The notes below the pieces were generated by a model. The model searched no databases. It saw only the letters and a list, made by a program, of their open reading frames with translations, and had not been told where the DNA came from. From positions 19,034,001 through 19,098,000 of the forward strand of contig OX597829.1 in NCBI GenBank assembly GCA_951406725.2: DNA of 64,000 nt, read 5' to 3'. A program made the position numbers and the translations under genes. The stretch is from Octopus vulgaris. Taxonomy: Eukaryota. Below, piece after piece: positions 52,130 through 64,000 of the stretch (positions within the stretch are counted from its first letter, which is position 1; every line of letters starts with the position of its first letter).

Positions 52130-53620
52130 ACCTTTCTCCAAGCTCTCCTGTGACTCCAGTCCAACACATCAACCTCACACATCTTCTCTAACTAATCCCT
52201 TTCTTCCCTCAAACAAGCCCATAACCTGCATGACCTCCTAGTCCATAGTTTCTTCTCTACCTCTGCGTCCCATCCTGGCTCCTTCCCCTGCTCTCACCGA
52301 CACTGTCACATCTCTCCAACACCTCTCAAAAACCACTATCCTCACTGGCACCCACCACTGTCCCTATAATATCACTGACTCCTTTACCTGCACCTTCAGT
52401 AATGTTATTTACTGGATCTCCTGCTCTCTCTGTCTTTCCTTGTACATTGGTCAAACAGGACGTTGCTTAACTGACCGGTTTGAGGAGCACCTCCAAGACA
52501 TCAGACTTGCAATGACCTATCTCATGCCCACTTCCACTCTAACAGTCATTTACTACAACGTCTGTCTGTGTTCAGGCTGTCTTTGCATAGGGGCCACCTG
52601 GACTCTCACCTGCACCGTGAACAGGAATTGACTTTCTCCCTTCATTCCTTTGCACTTTATAGGCTCAACTCACTACCTCTCTTCATCTAACATCACCTCA
52701 CACAGATTACCATACACCTCCAACATTCAACTGCCGCCCCCTCCATCTACACGCTGCCTACCTCAGTACTCTTACCACACACACCACCATACAAACACGC
52801 ATACACACTGTTCAGCTCATTACCCACTTCACACACCTACAAACACCTTCCCACCCCCTACACTATCACCAAACACTTCTCACCCACATCAAACACCATT
52901 ATCCACACATCCACACACAATCTTCAACAGCGTCACCACACATACCACTATACAAGCACCCCTCACACTGTTCAGCTCAGTACACACACCACTCACCATC
53001 ATGCACACTTCCACACCCACACAAGCACATAATACCTAAACACAGACAATATATATACATGCACACGCAACACACATTAACACATGCAACACACATAGAC
53101 ACAACTTTCGCCCACAAACATACACCCACACTCATGCCAATGCGTTTGCACACACACACACACACACACACATATCAGTATGTGTAATGTAAATCACTCC
53201 ACATAATGTATGCACTGGGTCACTTACACGCATGCACTGGTCCACGTATTTTTCAGCTTGCCCACACATACATACTCACACAATCACCCCTTATTCATAA
53301 ATACACATTCACACTCAGCATTCTCACATATACATGCACATGCAAGAGCAAATTCGTTTGACTGGGTCACCATCATTATCTCCCTTTCATTCAGCCTCTT
53401 TCTTCTGGTTATTTTATCATGTTGAACTCTTAATTCCTTCACAATTTTCTCTCTCTCCATTTTTTTTCATTCTCCTGTTTTTTCTCTTAATCCTTTCTGT
53501 CGAAGAGCATAGCCTCAAAACATAAAAGACTTCTCCATTCTTTCCGAGTGTTAAACTAATATACCTGCTTCTTGTTCCTACACCTGTCTTTTGTTTTCTG
53601 TAAATTTGAACACTATAAAT
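52130..53620 (+). mobile_element. Degenerate Penelope-like 3' region (GIY-YIG remnant and terminal repeat)
   Basis: FTCTFSNVIYWISC and YIGQTGRCLTDRFEEH; terminal repeat 53400-53620 is homologous to 48300-48480. Confidence 0.75.
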
Positions 53621-53629
53621 ATATGTATG

Positions 53630-53741
<112 letters not shown>

Positions 53742-54651
53742 TATAAATGTGTGCCTGTGTTCCTGTATGTATCTATCTATCTAACTATACATACATACAT
53801 ACATATATATATTAATGTGTGTCTGTGTTCCTGTATGCATTTATACATATATATTTATGTATATGTGTATACACACTCACTCACACGCACATATATACAC
53901 ACAAACACACACACATGCATAAATATGCACGTACATATATACACACATACATTATGCCTGTATCCATTTCCATTAAACAAACATACATAGATATATTCAA
54001 AATGTATATAATATATTTAAGTAGTAGAGAGAAGAGTACGTCTATCTGTTTAGGAAGAAAAACTCCACATATGTTTGCAATTTATCATGGGTCTGTAAGA
54101 TGTTTGCTATCCATACTACTATTTTGATAAGCCTTTGAAATTAATTGGAGACTGTTGCTATCTTGGAGAAATATTCTAATGTAGGTCTGTTGCTAAATTT
54201 GTCATTACAGGAAGTATCTTGGTCCATGTCAACGCTATATGTAGCTATTTTGGGAAACTTTTACAGCATTTGCTTCTTGTTAATGTAAACGGATGTTATA
54301 TAAAATATTCGTTTTGTAACATAGATTTACGTCTCTTCTGCAAGACTTTTCCTGCCCTTCCATGTTTTATAATATAAGACTTTTTACATTTGATTCTTTT
54401 CAGTTTCATATTTATTTTGATGTTTTAGAAATGAATTACTCTGCTTCCATTTTAATTTTTTTTTTAAATTTGTATTATTTACACAACATGATAGTAATAT
54501 TCTACAATGAGTCAAAGACGGAATAGAAAGAAAGATGCCATTATGAGTCAAGAAGAACAGAGACAGTATGGTGAAGGAAAAGAGAAATGGTATAAAGACA
54601 GATTCTATGATGAATCAACGCATGGACAGAAAAAGATAAGCGAATAGAGGA

Positions 54652-54682
<31 letters not shown>

Positions 54683-54683
<1 letters not shown>

Positions 54684-55135
54684 CATCATCATTAGCATCA
54701 TTTAACATCTGTTTTCCATGCTAGCATGGGTTGGACGGTTTGACTGGGGTCTGGGAAGCCAGGAGGCTTCACCAGGCTCCAGTCTGATCTGGCAATGTTT
54801 CTACAGCTGGATGCCCTTCCTAATGCCAACCACTCTGTGAGTGTAGTGGGTGCTTTTTATGTGCCACAGGCACAGGGACCAGGGTAGGCTGGCAATGGCC
54901 ATGATCGGTTGGTGCTTTTTACGTGCCACCGGCACAGGTATCACAACTACAATTTCCATTTGATTTTTATTTTGATGCTGATGTACTTGACTCAATAGGT
55001 CTCCTCAAGCACAGCAGGTCGCCCTACGATCCAAGGTAAGCACAGCAGGCTGTCCTGAGATCCAAGGTACTCTGGAAGGGCTGTGAAGCTGGTTATGTGA
55101 AGCTGGTTAAGCTGGTGCAGGAAACAGCCATGAAG
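54683..55135 (-). mobile_element. RTE 3' end with a two-unit array
   Basis: Tail motif plus UTR homologous to 30330-30930. Confidence 0.85.
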
Positions 55136-55225
<90 letters not shown>

Positions 55226-55457
55226 GTTAAAATCTTCTCTTCCCCATCCTCAATTGTTTGTTGAGTTTATATAGTTTATATTGGATACATGTCCTATAAA
55301 TGCTCATAACACACCTTATCCCTGTAAAATTACATATTTTTTATAAAATACAATAGTAAGCTATAAATTTAATATCCACAATCTCTATTAGAAATATAGT
55401 AAAAGTAAAAGGATGAAATTGAACACAACCTTTCTCATATATATATGTATGTATGTA

Positions 55458-55540
<83 letters not shown>

Positions 55541-55598
55541 AATATATATATATATGTATGTATGTATACATATATATAAATATTAAAAAATTCATACC

Positions 55599-55654
<56 letters not shown>

Positions 55655-55936
55655 TACACAGAGTGTGCATAAGCTATTTGAAGACAGAATTATATTTATT
55701 AAAAAAAAAAAGATATATAATAGCAGATAATAACTTTATCGAAAAATGCAATGAGGATAAAAATAAACCTTCTTTTCTCTAATGTTATTCACTAAAGCCA
55801 ACTTCAACAACTGCTTCTAAATGGGACCAAAATCATCTACATGCTTGAATCAAATGATGCTGGTTCATTGAACTTGCTGGATAAATTCAGGTGTTCTGAT
55901 GATTTCAGAGTGTTTAGAATGCTTTCTATGGTTTGA

Positions 55937-56712
55937 CTAGCAGCATAGCCCGGCATTGCCCGGCTATGTAACAAACTTTGTCGATAAGCAATGCTCTTTA
56001 CCTTTTTACCCTTTTTTGTACTCATTGAACCGTTATTTTGTAAAATGAAGCCTAAAAGGCATTAAGGCATTCAAGGCACCGTTCCCTTGCATGCATGAAG
56101 AAGTAGGGAATATCTATTTGAACTTTCAAAAAATATCGCAGAAAAATCGGTTTGGTATGTGTGCCACAAATGATGTAATCATCCGACTTTTTCCAGTAAT
56201 AACGTATCCTATTGGAATCAAAAGGGCCATATAGCTCCTTGGAGCAGACATGATGCTCGCTGTGAATTTCAAAAAAAATTCCTGCCAATTTGTTAAAGAT
56301 ATTGTTGAAAATATGTCATCTTGAATTTGAACGCGATTTCCCAAAATGGCATGATTTTATCGATTTTTTCTGATGGTAAGGTATTGCATGGAAAACTAAC
56401 GTCAGAATTAAGTTCCTTAGGGTAACATTAAGCTTCACCATGAGTTTAGTGAAAATCGATTGCAAGTTGCAAAAACTACAACGGAAAATGTGTTGCATAT
56501 GATAAGCTTAGATTCTGGACCCCATGTCAAATTTATCGATTTTTTTCAGAACTGGGGGAACTTTTCAAAATTTTTGCTGCGTTAGTTTTGGATTATGACA
56601 TTGGGCTATGTGTGTGTCAAGTTTCATCAGAATCGGTTGAAAGCCATGGTCAGGGTGAGGGTACAACTTGACAGACACACAGACAGACAAACTGCCTTTT
56701 ATATAGAGAGAG
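55937..56712 (-). mobile_element. Non-autonomous Helitron-like element
   Basis: Minus-strand 3' hairpin CATAGCC-GGGCAATGCCG-GGCTATG followed by CTAG; 5' TCTCTATAT and (CTGT)n. Confidence 0.65.
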
Positions 56713-56714
56713 AT

Positions 56715-57077
<363 letters not shown>

Positions 57078-57151
57078 GATATATATATATAGTACGTTTA
57101 AATATTTGTTGTGCAAGATTTTTTATGTGAAGTCGTGTGTTGAAACAGATA

Positions 57152-57598
57152 TTGTTATATTTCGGAATGGTCATATTGCCAGTTTAGCCAATAAAAACAC
57201 ACGCACTATATATTTGGTGTTATTTTGCTTCAGTGATATTTATTTTTTACTTTAATCTTAATCTTATTTCGGCCAGAGTTCTTTCCTCACACTCCTGTGG
57301 TCCTTTGTTTTCATCAGTGGTCCTTTGTTTTCTTCTTTCTTATTTGTTTGTGTCTCTCCTTACTAACCGTCAGCCATTTTGTATTTCTATTGTTAGTAAG
57401 GAGAGACACAAACAAATAAGAAAGAAGAAAACAAAGGACCACTGATGCGGTCACAGGAGTGTGACGAAAGAACTCTGGCCGAAATAAGATTAAGATTAAT
57501 GTAAAAAATAAATATCACTGAAGCAAAATAACACCAAATATATAGTGCGTGTGTTTTTATTGGCTAAACTGGCAATATGACCATTCTGAAATATAACA

Positions 57599-57599
<1 letters not shown>
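57152..57599. repeat. Fold-back with arms of about 210 bp and a hammerhead-like motif at 57436-57480
   Basis: 57152-57367 inverted to 57392-57599; GGACCA-CTGATGC-G-GTCAC..GTGAC-GAAA-GAAC-TC-TGGCC. Confidence 0.8.
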
Positions 57600-57643
<44 letters not shown>

Positions 57644-58516
57644 CATACATATATTTTATTGTGTCTGGTGAGAGTCATTCTCTTTTAGTGCCTTATTATT
57701 TAACACACTCACTGGTAAAATTTCCACTTATTTCTTATTTTTATTTTCTAAAATTTTCGTTGCGTCTTGCAACCTTTTCAGTAGTTTTGTGGGTCAGTGG
57801 GTCAGTATGTATGTGTGCCTATACATGCATGCATGTACGTATGTATGTGTGTGTGTGTGTTTGCATGTGTATGTATGTATATATGTGTGTGTATGCATAT
57901 GTATGTGTGTGTGTGCATCTGTATGTACGTATCCTGCATACACGAGTAAAACGACCCCCCCTCGTCCAATGGACGGTGCTGAGTTGTCAAACATTTAAAC
58001 CAAATTTTCTCAAAACAACTTGTCCAACCGTTCCATAGGCCTCCCCTTTGAGAAACACTGATTTAACCTAAATTTGTGACACCAGCAAAAGAAGAAATAA
58101 GGATAGACTTTTTCTCGCATACGCATAGTATCGATCACAACAGCTGATGTACTTGCATGTACAAATGCACATTCCCATGGCTTTATTGATCGCATTCTCA
58201 CCTGGAATTGATTTTTGCAATTTAAAATAATTAAGTTAATGTCCGGTCATAGAGTGACCCATGGTTATGCATCCACAAAGAGCTTAGCGTCATGGATGTC
58301 TCATTAGCCAAAGACAAATATATTAATATATCGTTTGTAAAAAATATAAATCTGAAAAAAGATGCACACTCTAAGATGTAGAGCAGTATATATTTTTAAG
58401 AGATCATGGGCCAATAGGTTCTGGGGATCTGATACTACACCATAAAGCTAAATCCTTTATGGACAGGAAACCTAAGGTAGTCCTATAAACTAGACTCCCT
58501 CATTTTTTATTCATAT

Positions 58517-58690
58517 AGGCATAGGAGTGGCTGTGTGGTAAGTAGCTTGCTTACCAACCACATGGTTCCAGGTTCAGTCCCACTGCGTGACACCTTGGGC
58601 AAGTGTCTTCTACTATAGCCTCGGACTGACCAAAGCCTTGTGAGTGGATTTGGTAGACGGAAACTGAAAGAAGCCTGTTGTGTATATGTA

Positions 58691-58721
<31 letters not shown>

Positions 58722-58940
58722 GTCTGTGTGTGTCTGTGTTTGTCCCCCTAGCATCGCTTGACAACCGATGCTGGTGTGTTTATGTCCCCGTAACTTAGCG
58801 GTTCGGCAAAAGGGGCCAATAGAATAAGTACTAGGCTTACAAAGAATAAGTCCTGGGGTCGATTTGCTCGACTAAAGGCAGTGCTCCAGCATGGCCACAG
58901 TCAAATGACTGAAACAAGTAAAAAAATAAAAGAATAAAAA
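58517..58940 (+). mobile_element. SINE family A, full length
   Basis: Head, body and tail present. Confidence 0.9.
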
Positions 58941-59645
58941 GAATATATATATATTGTGCACGCACACACACACACACACATACATATGTATGTATTATCT
59001 GTGTGTGTGACTTTGTGTTTGTGTTTGTCCCTGCCACTGCTTGACAGTCAGTGTTGGTTTTCTCACATCCACATAACTTAGCAGTTTGACAAGGAGACTG
59101 ATAAAATAAGTACCAGACTTAATATAAACACAGGTGGGGGGTGAATATTTGGTTAAAACTCTGTGGAGGTAGTGCCCCAGCATGACCACAGTTCAATGAC
59201 GAAAACTAGTAAGTTAAGAATATAAACAAGTATATATAAAACCAAAAGAGGAATGAAGAGAGATTCTATGAACAGAAAAAAAAAGAGACATAGGTGCAAA
59301 TGTGGCTGCGTTTGTAAGAAGCTCACTTCCCAACCACATGGTTCCAGGTTCAGTCCCACTGCATGGCACCTTAGACAAGTGTCTTCTACTATAGCCTCAG
59401 GCCAACCAAAGCCCTGTGAGTGGATTTGACAGACAGAAACTGAAACAACCCCATCTATATATATATTTTCCAAAAAGACAAAAATATTTTTCTCCTCTTC
59501 TAAACAAAGCAAAAAAAAACAACATCCGATTGTTATACAAAGGAATATTCTGTTTTTTATCATTTTGATTTTGTCTTGACGAGTTCGATAAATAAAGCGC
59601 TAATAGAGAATTATCCAAAATTCTGATTGTCTCCTTTCTTCAAAC

Positions 59646-59694
<49 letters not shown>

Positions 59695-59697
<3 letters not shown>

Positions 59698-60512
59698 TTA
59701 TAATACTAAAACGCTAGATGTTTGACTGTACGCGAAATATCTCAGAAATAGTATATTATATCTTAATTTTTTTGCATATTTATTTTCATACTTACCTTTG
59801 GCATTGATACTTTTGTGATATTTGAATCTCTATTTATTAATGAAAATGATTAAACACAATTTTTGTCTGTTATTTCTTAACGAAAAACACATGGCTTCCA
59901 TGACATCAACATACATACACACATACAGAATACACACACATATGATAAATGTCATGGTCAGTCAATCAACACAAACACACATCCGCTATCTGTGACATAT
60001 ACACACACATAGTCCTCGTGCTCTCCAAGGAAAGATGTCGACTTTTTGACATACACAATATTTTAATCATTTAGAAATATTTTTAACTGCATATGATTTC
60101 AAAAATGTAAGTTGTTTGTACAGTAAGTATTTATATTTTAGCTTTCTTTAAACAGACAATATTTTAATTTTTTTTTTATTATTTTCAAGTCAATAGCAAT
60201 CTTCACTTTGACTATCAGAACTGTCATCCGGAATTCGTTACTTTTCATAAAAATTTTAATTTTTTTACTTTTGTTTTAAAGGGAAAGTGAGGAGAAAGTA
60301 AAAGATGTATTATAAGTGTATATGAAATGGACGTGTGTGTGTGTTTGTGTGAAAGAGAATAGAGAGAAAGAGATATATATAGAGAGAGAGAAAGGAAGAG
60401 AGAGAGGGAAAGAGAAAGAAAAAGGGAGAGTGAGTAAAAGGGTGTCATGTATAGGTACATACATCATTGCATGTGTATATCTTCTTTGTATGTACGTGTG
60501 CATGTGTGTGTA

Positions 60513-60543
<31 letters not shown>

Positions 60544-61092
60544 ATGAGTGAACATGTGTGTTCTCCTGTTTGTGTAAGTGGCACTTTCTCTTGCTCTCTC
60601 CCTCTCTCTTTCACGCACACACACATCCATTTCGTATACATATTCATACATCTTTCACTTTAAAAGAAAAGTAAATAGATAAAAAAATTTTATGGAAATT
60701 AATGAACAATACCAGCTGATTCAGATGACAGTTCTGAGAGTTGAAGCGAATGATTGCTCCAAGGAAATACTATTACAAAGGATTTTTCAAGTGCATTCAC
60801 TGTATCTCAGCTCCAAAGATTTGGCTGCAATTTCTAGCATGCCCTACTACCACGTAACAGGTATTTGTGATAAAGGACCAGAAATACCTGTTACATGGTA
60901 GCAGGGCAGGCAAGACATAGCAGCCAAATGTTTCCTTTTCCGGGGAAAAGAGCCATTTACCTGTGATTTTAATGTCACATTCATTGAAAGCATGCAAAAT
61001 AACTTGGTAAAGGAAAAAAAATCCAAGAAACAAAACCTCGTTGCTGGGAAACTCAGATTTTCCAGGTAACCCTACAGGTCATGAGTAATCTA

Positions 61093-61093
<1 letters not shown>
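59695..61093 (+). mobile_element. Putative non-autonomous Helitron-like element
   Basis: Ends in CTAG next to (TA)n after a weak hairpin; internal 20-bp hairpin at 60847-60901. Confidence 0.35.
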
Positions 61094-61135
<42 letters not shown>

Positions 61136-61287
61136 TGAGAAAGTTGGTGTGTGAAAGCACGTGGTTGAATATATAGAAAATAGTAAAAAGTGAAAAAACT
61201 ACAGAAGGCTTGTTTTAAAAGGTTAAAAAATATATTTGAGTCATTATGTCAGAAGAATGTTATACAATTTTTTCATAGTGACATAGT

Positions 61288-61335
61288 TTTTGAAGAAATT
61301 ACCGGTTTCGTGTTAACTTTTCAAATTTCTCAAAA
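61288..61335 (-). ncRNA. Minimal hammerhead motif, U3-A8 variant (element-sense copy)
   Basis: Reverse complement of 63124-63171. Confidence 0.65.
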
Positions 61336-63123
61336 CATCGTGTTATGTCTTTGTTATGAAGTGCAAAGAAGAGTTCCAGGTAGGGGGAGGTAATAAGCGA
61401 TTTTTTCCAGTATAAGGGAGATAATCGCTTTATATTTCTTTTCCCTTTTATTTAATGGGGTGAATTTCTCTGTATAAGAATGTTAGAGTGGTTAAGTTTG
61501 GATTTATATTTTTCAATGAAGAATGTTTCCTTGTTTAGTCTAATTTGTGTTGGTGTTCCGATAGCACATTGATAAAATGGAAAGATTAAAAATTGTGGTA
61601 GTAGTTGCTTTGCGCATTTTTCAATGTGGTCACTAAAGGGTATCATTCTGTATTCTGGGAATGCAATCTGTTGTCGATGCAGAGTGCATCTACGTCTGAG
61701 TAATATTCCCGTGGACCCCACGTAGTTTTGGTGGCAGCCCAAGCATCTTATGACATAAATTATGTTTTCAGAAGCACAAGTAAAATTAAATTTGATCTTG
61801 AATTTTTGTCCCTCTTTGAAGAGGAATTCTGATCCTTCTAGAAGGTTTGGGCATGTTGCACAGTTTGATCTACCACATTTTTTTACTTTTGCATCCGTAA
61901 TATCAGAAAGCAATTTTGCCTTTGTGAGAATCTTTTAAGTGATTTAGGTTGTTTGTAGCTTTTAATGATTTTATGTATGTTTAGAATTTCCTTTAATTTG
62001 GGGTCCTTATCAAGTATTGGTAAATTCTGGGTGATGATGGTGAAGGCTTCTTTGTTTCTGGGGTTGTATGTGGATATGTAAGGTAGTATTTTCGGGGAAG
62101 GTGTGTTGTTGTGTTGAACTTTTCTCAAAGTTTTTATGTCGATTTCTGTTGCACGTCTGATCCCATCCTCTATGAGTTGAGCTGGGTAGTGTCTGTCAAA
62201 TAGGGTGTTTTTGAGTTCTTGTAGTCTAAGGTTCCTGGTATTTTGTTCTGACACTATTGTGCATATCCTTCTTGCAAGGTTGAAGGGGATGTTTGTTTTA
62301 GTGTGTCTTGGGTGGCATGAATCAAAAAGTAGGTATTGTTTAGCGTCTGTGGCTTTGTAAAAAATGTCTGTTTCTATTTTAAGGTTAATTTTTTTAATTA
62401 GTATATCTAAGAATGGAAGCTCCTTTTGGTTGTATTCCATTGTGAACTGTATATTTGGGTTGATGCTGTTCAATAGGTTTTTGAATTTTAGGAGTTTATC
62501 TGTGTTTTCATTCCAGAGTATAAAACAATCGTCCAGGAATCGTTTCCAATTCTCTTTTATGTATTGAGAGAGGGGTTTCCAAAGGTCGATAAAGATTCCT
62601 GGTATACAATTATTTCCAGGTAGCCCAGTGTTAGGTTCGCAATGACTGGTGCTGCCCTTGTACCCATAGCAATTCCGGATTTTTGACAGTAAAATGTATT
62701 GTCAAACATGAAGTGGTTATTATGTAGGATGAATTCAACCGATTTAGTAATGAATTATTTACTGATCCTTTTTGATATTTCTTCCAGAAATTGGTCCAGC
62801 CAGAACTGTATTGCCTCTAGTCCATAATTATGAGGTATACTGGTATATAAATTAACTACATCAAATGAAACCATGATTGTTTCTTCCTTGACTTTTTTTG
62901 GAAGGTGGTTTAACATATCCAAGTCATCTCTGATTAAGTCTATTTATGGACATCCTCCTGAAACCCTTCCTTAAACATATCGATAGTCATATGGCTATCA
63001 ATGGGCTACCTGGAAATAATTGTATACCAGGAATCTTTATCGACCTTTGGAAACCCCCTCTCTTATTACCTCCCCCTACCTGGAACTCTTCTTTGCACTT
63101 CATAACGAAGACATAACACGATG

Positions 63124-63171
63124 TTTTGAGAAATTTGAAAAGTTAACACGAAACCGGTAATTTCTTCAAAA
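63124..63171 (+). ncRNA. Minimal hammerhead motif, U3-A8 variant
   Basis: GAGAAAT-TTGAAAA-GT TAAC AC-GAA-ACCGGT-A-ATTTCTT. Confidence 0.65.
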
Positions 63172-63323
63172 ACTATGTCACTGTATGAAAAACTTTATAA
63201 CATTCTTCTGACATAATGACTCAAATATATTTTTTAACCTTTTAAAACAAGACTTCTGTAGTTTTTTCACTTTTTACTATTTTCTATATATATATGAATA
63301 TATATGTATGTATGTATATAATA

Positions 63324-63379
<56 letters not shown>

Positions 63380-63384
<5 letters not shown>

Positions 63385-64000
63385 TCATCATCATCATCAT
63401 TTAGCGTCCGTTTTCCATGCTAGCATGGGTTGGACGGTTCAACTGGGGTCTGTGAAGCTGGAAGGCTTCATCAGGCCCAGTCAGATCTGGCAGTGTTTCT
63501 ACGGCTGGATGCCCTTCCTAACGCCAACCACTCCGTGAGTGTAGTGGGTGCCTTTTACGTGCCACCCGCACAGGTGCCAGACAGAGCTGGCAAACAGCCA
63601 CGAACGGATGGTGCTTTTACGTGTCACCGGCACGGGGGTCAGGCGAGGCTGGCAACGGACACGAATGGATGGTACTTTTACGTGCCACCGACACGGGGGC
63701 CAGACAAAGCTGGCAAATGGCCACGAACGGATGGTGCTTTTATGTGTCACCGGCACGGGGGTCAGGCGAGGCTGGCAATGGACACAAACGGATGGTGTTT
63801 TTACATGCCACCGACACGGAGGCTAGACGGGGTGGCGCCGGCAACGACCACGATCGGATGGTTCGCTTAACCACAGCTGCAATTCCCACTGATGTTGATC
63901 GACCTCAATTTGGTTCTGCTTTCTGATATATGAATTGATTTGGTTTGATTTTGATTTTGACTGTTCTCACTGGTCTTGCCAGGTTTTCTCACACACAGCA
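63380..64000 (-). mobile_element. RTE 3' end with alternating 62/61-bp unit array
   Basis: Units at 63557, 63619, 63680, 63742, 63803; (ATC)n tail abutting (TA)n. Confidence 0.9.

Larger units (their letters stand above)
61134..63290 (-). mobile_element. Penelope-like retroelement (RT plus GIY-YIG), 5'-truncated, with inverted terminal repeat
   Basis: SFDVVNLYTSIP, GIAMGT, WKRFLDDCF, LPFLD, HPRHTK, CGRSNCATC, NIIY..C..C..YVGST; frameshifts and a stop; 61165-61395 inverted to 63063-63290. Confidence 0.95.

Overview
AT-rich, repeat-saturated eukaryotic DNA. The SINE families and very high (TA)n/(CA)n/(AAT)n microsatellite load are most consistent with a coleoid cephalopod, probably Octopus (inference from recognition, not verified). 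No host gene, rRNA, tRNA or CRISPR array is supported, and almost all ORFs in the track are microsatellite or repeat read-throughs. Decayed coding remnants: an RTE-clade LINE (30306-33029), a Penelope-like element with RT and GIY-YIG (61134-63290), an R4/Dong-like LINE (17760-18760), Gypsy gag-pol (24180-26165) and mariner elements. There are also dozens of tRNA-derived SINEs, MITEs and Helitron-like elements. Most interesting: (1) fold-back, Penelope-related inserts in (TA)n carrying type I hammerhead ribozyme motifs, including two near-perfect palindromes with a hammerhead on each strand and a U3-A8 core variant; (2) variable 61-68 bp tandem arrays in the RTE 3'UTR; (3) a PHD-type C4HC3 finger inside the RTE reverse transcriptase. 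Coordinates were read by eye and may be off by a few bases.
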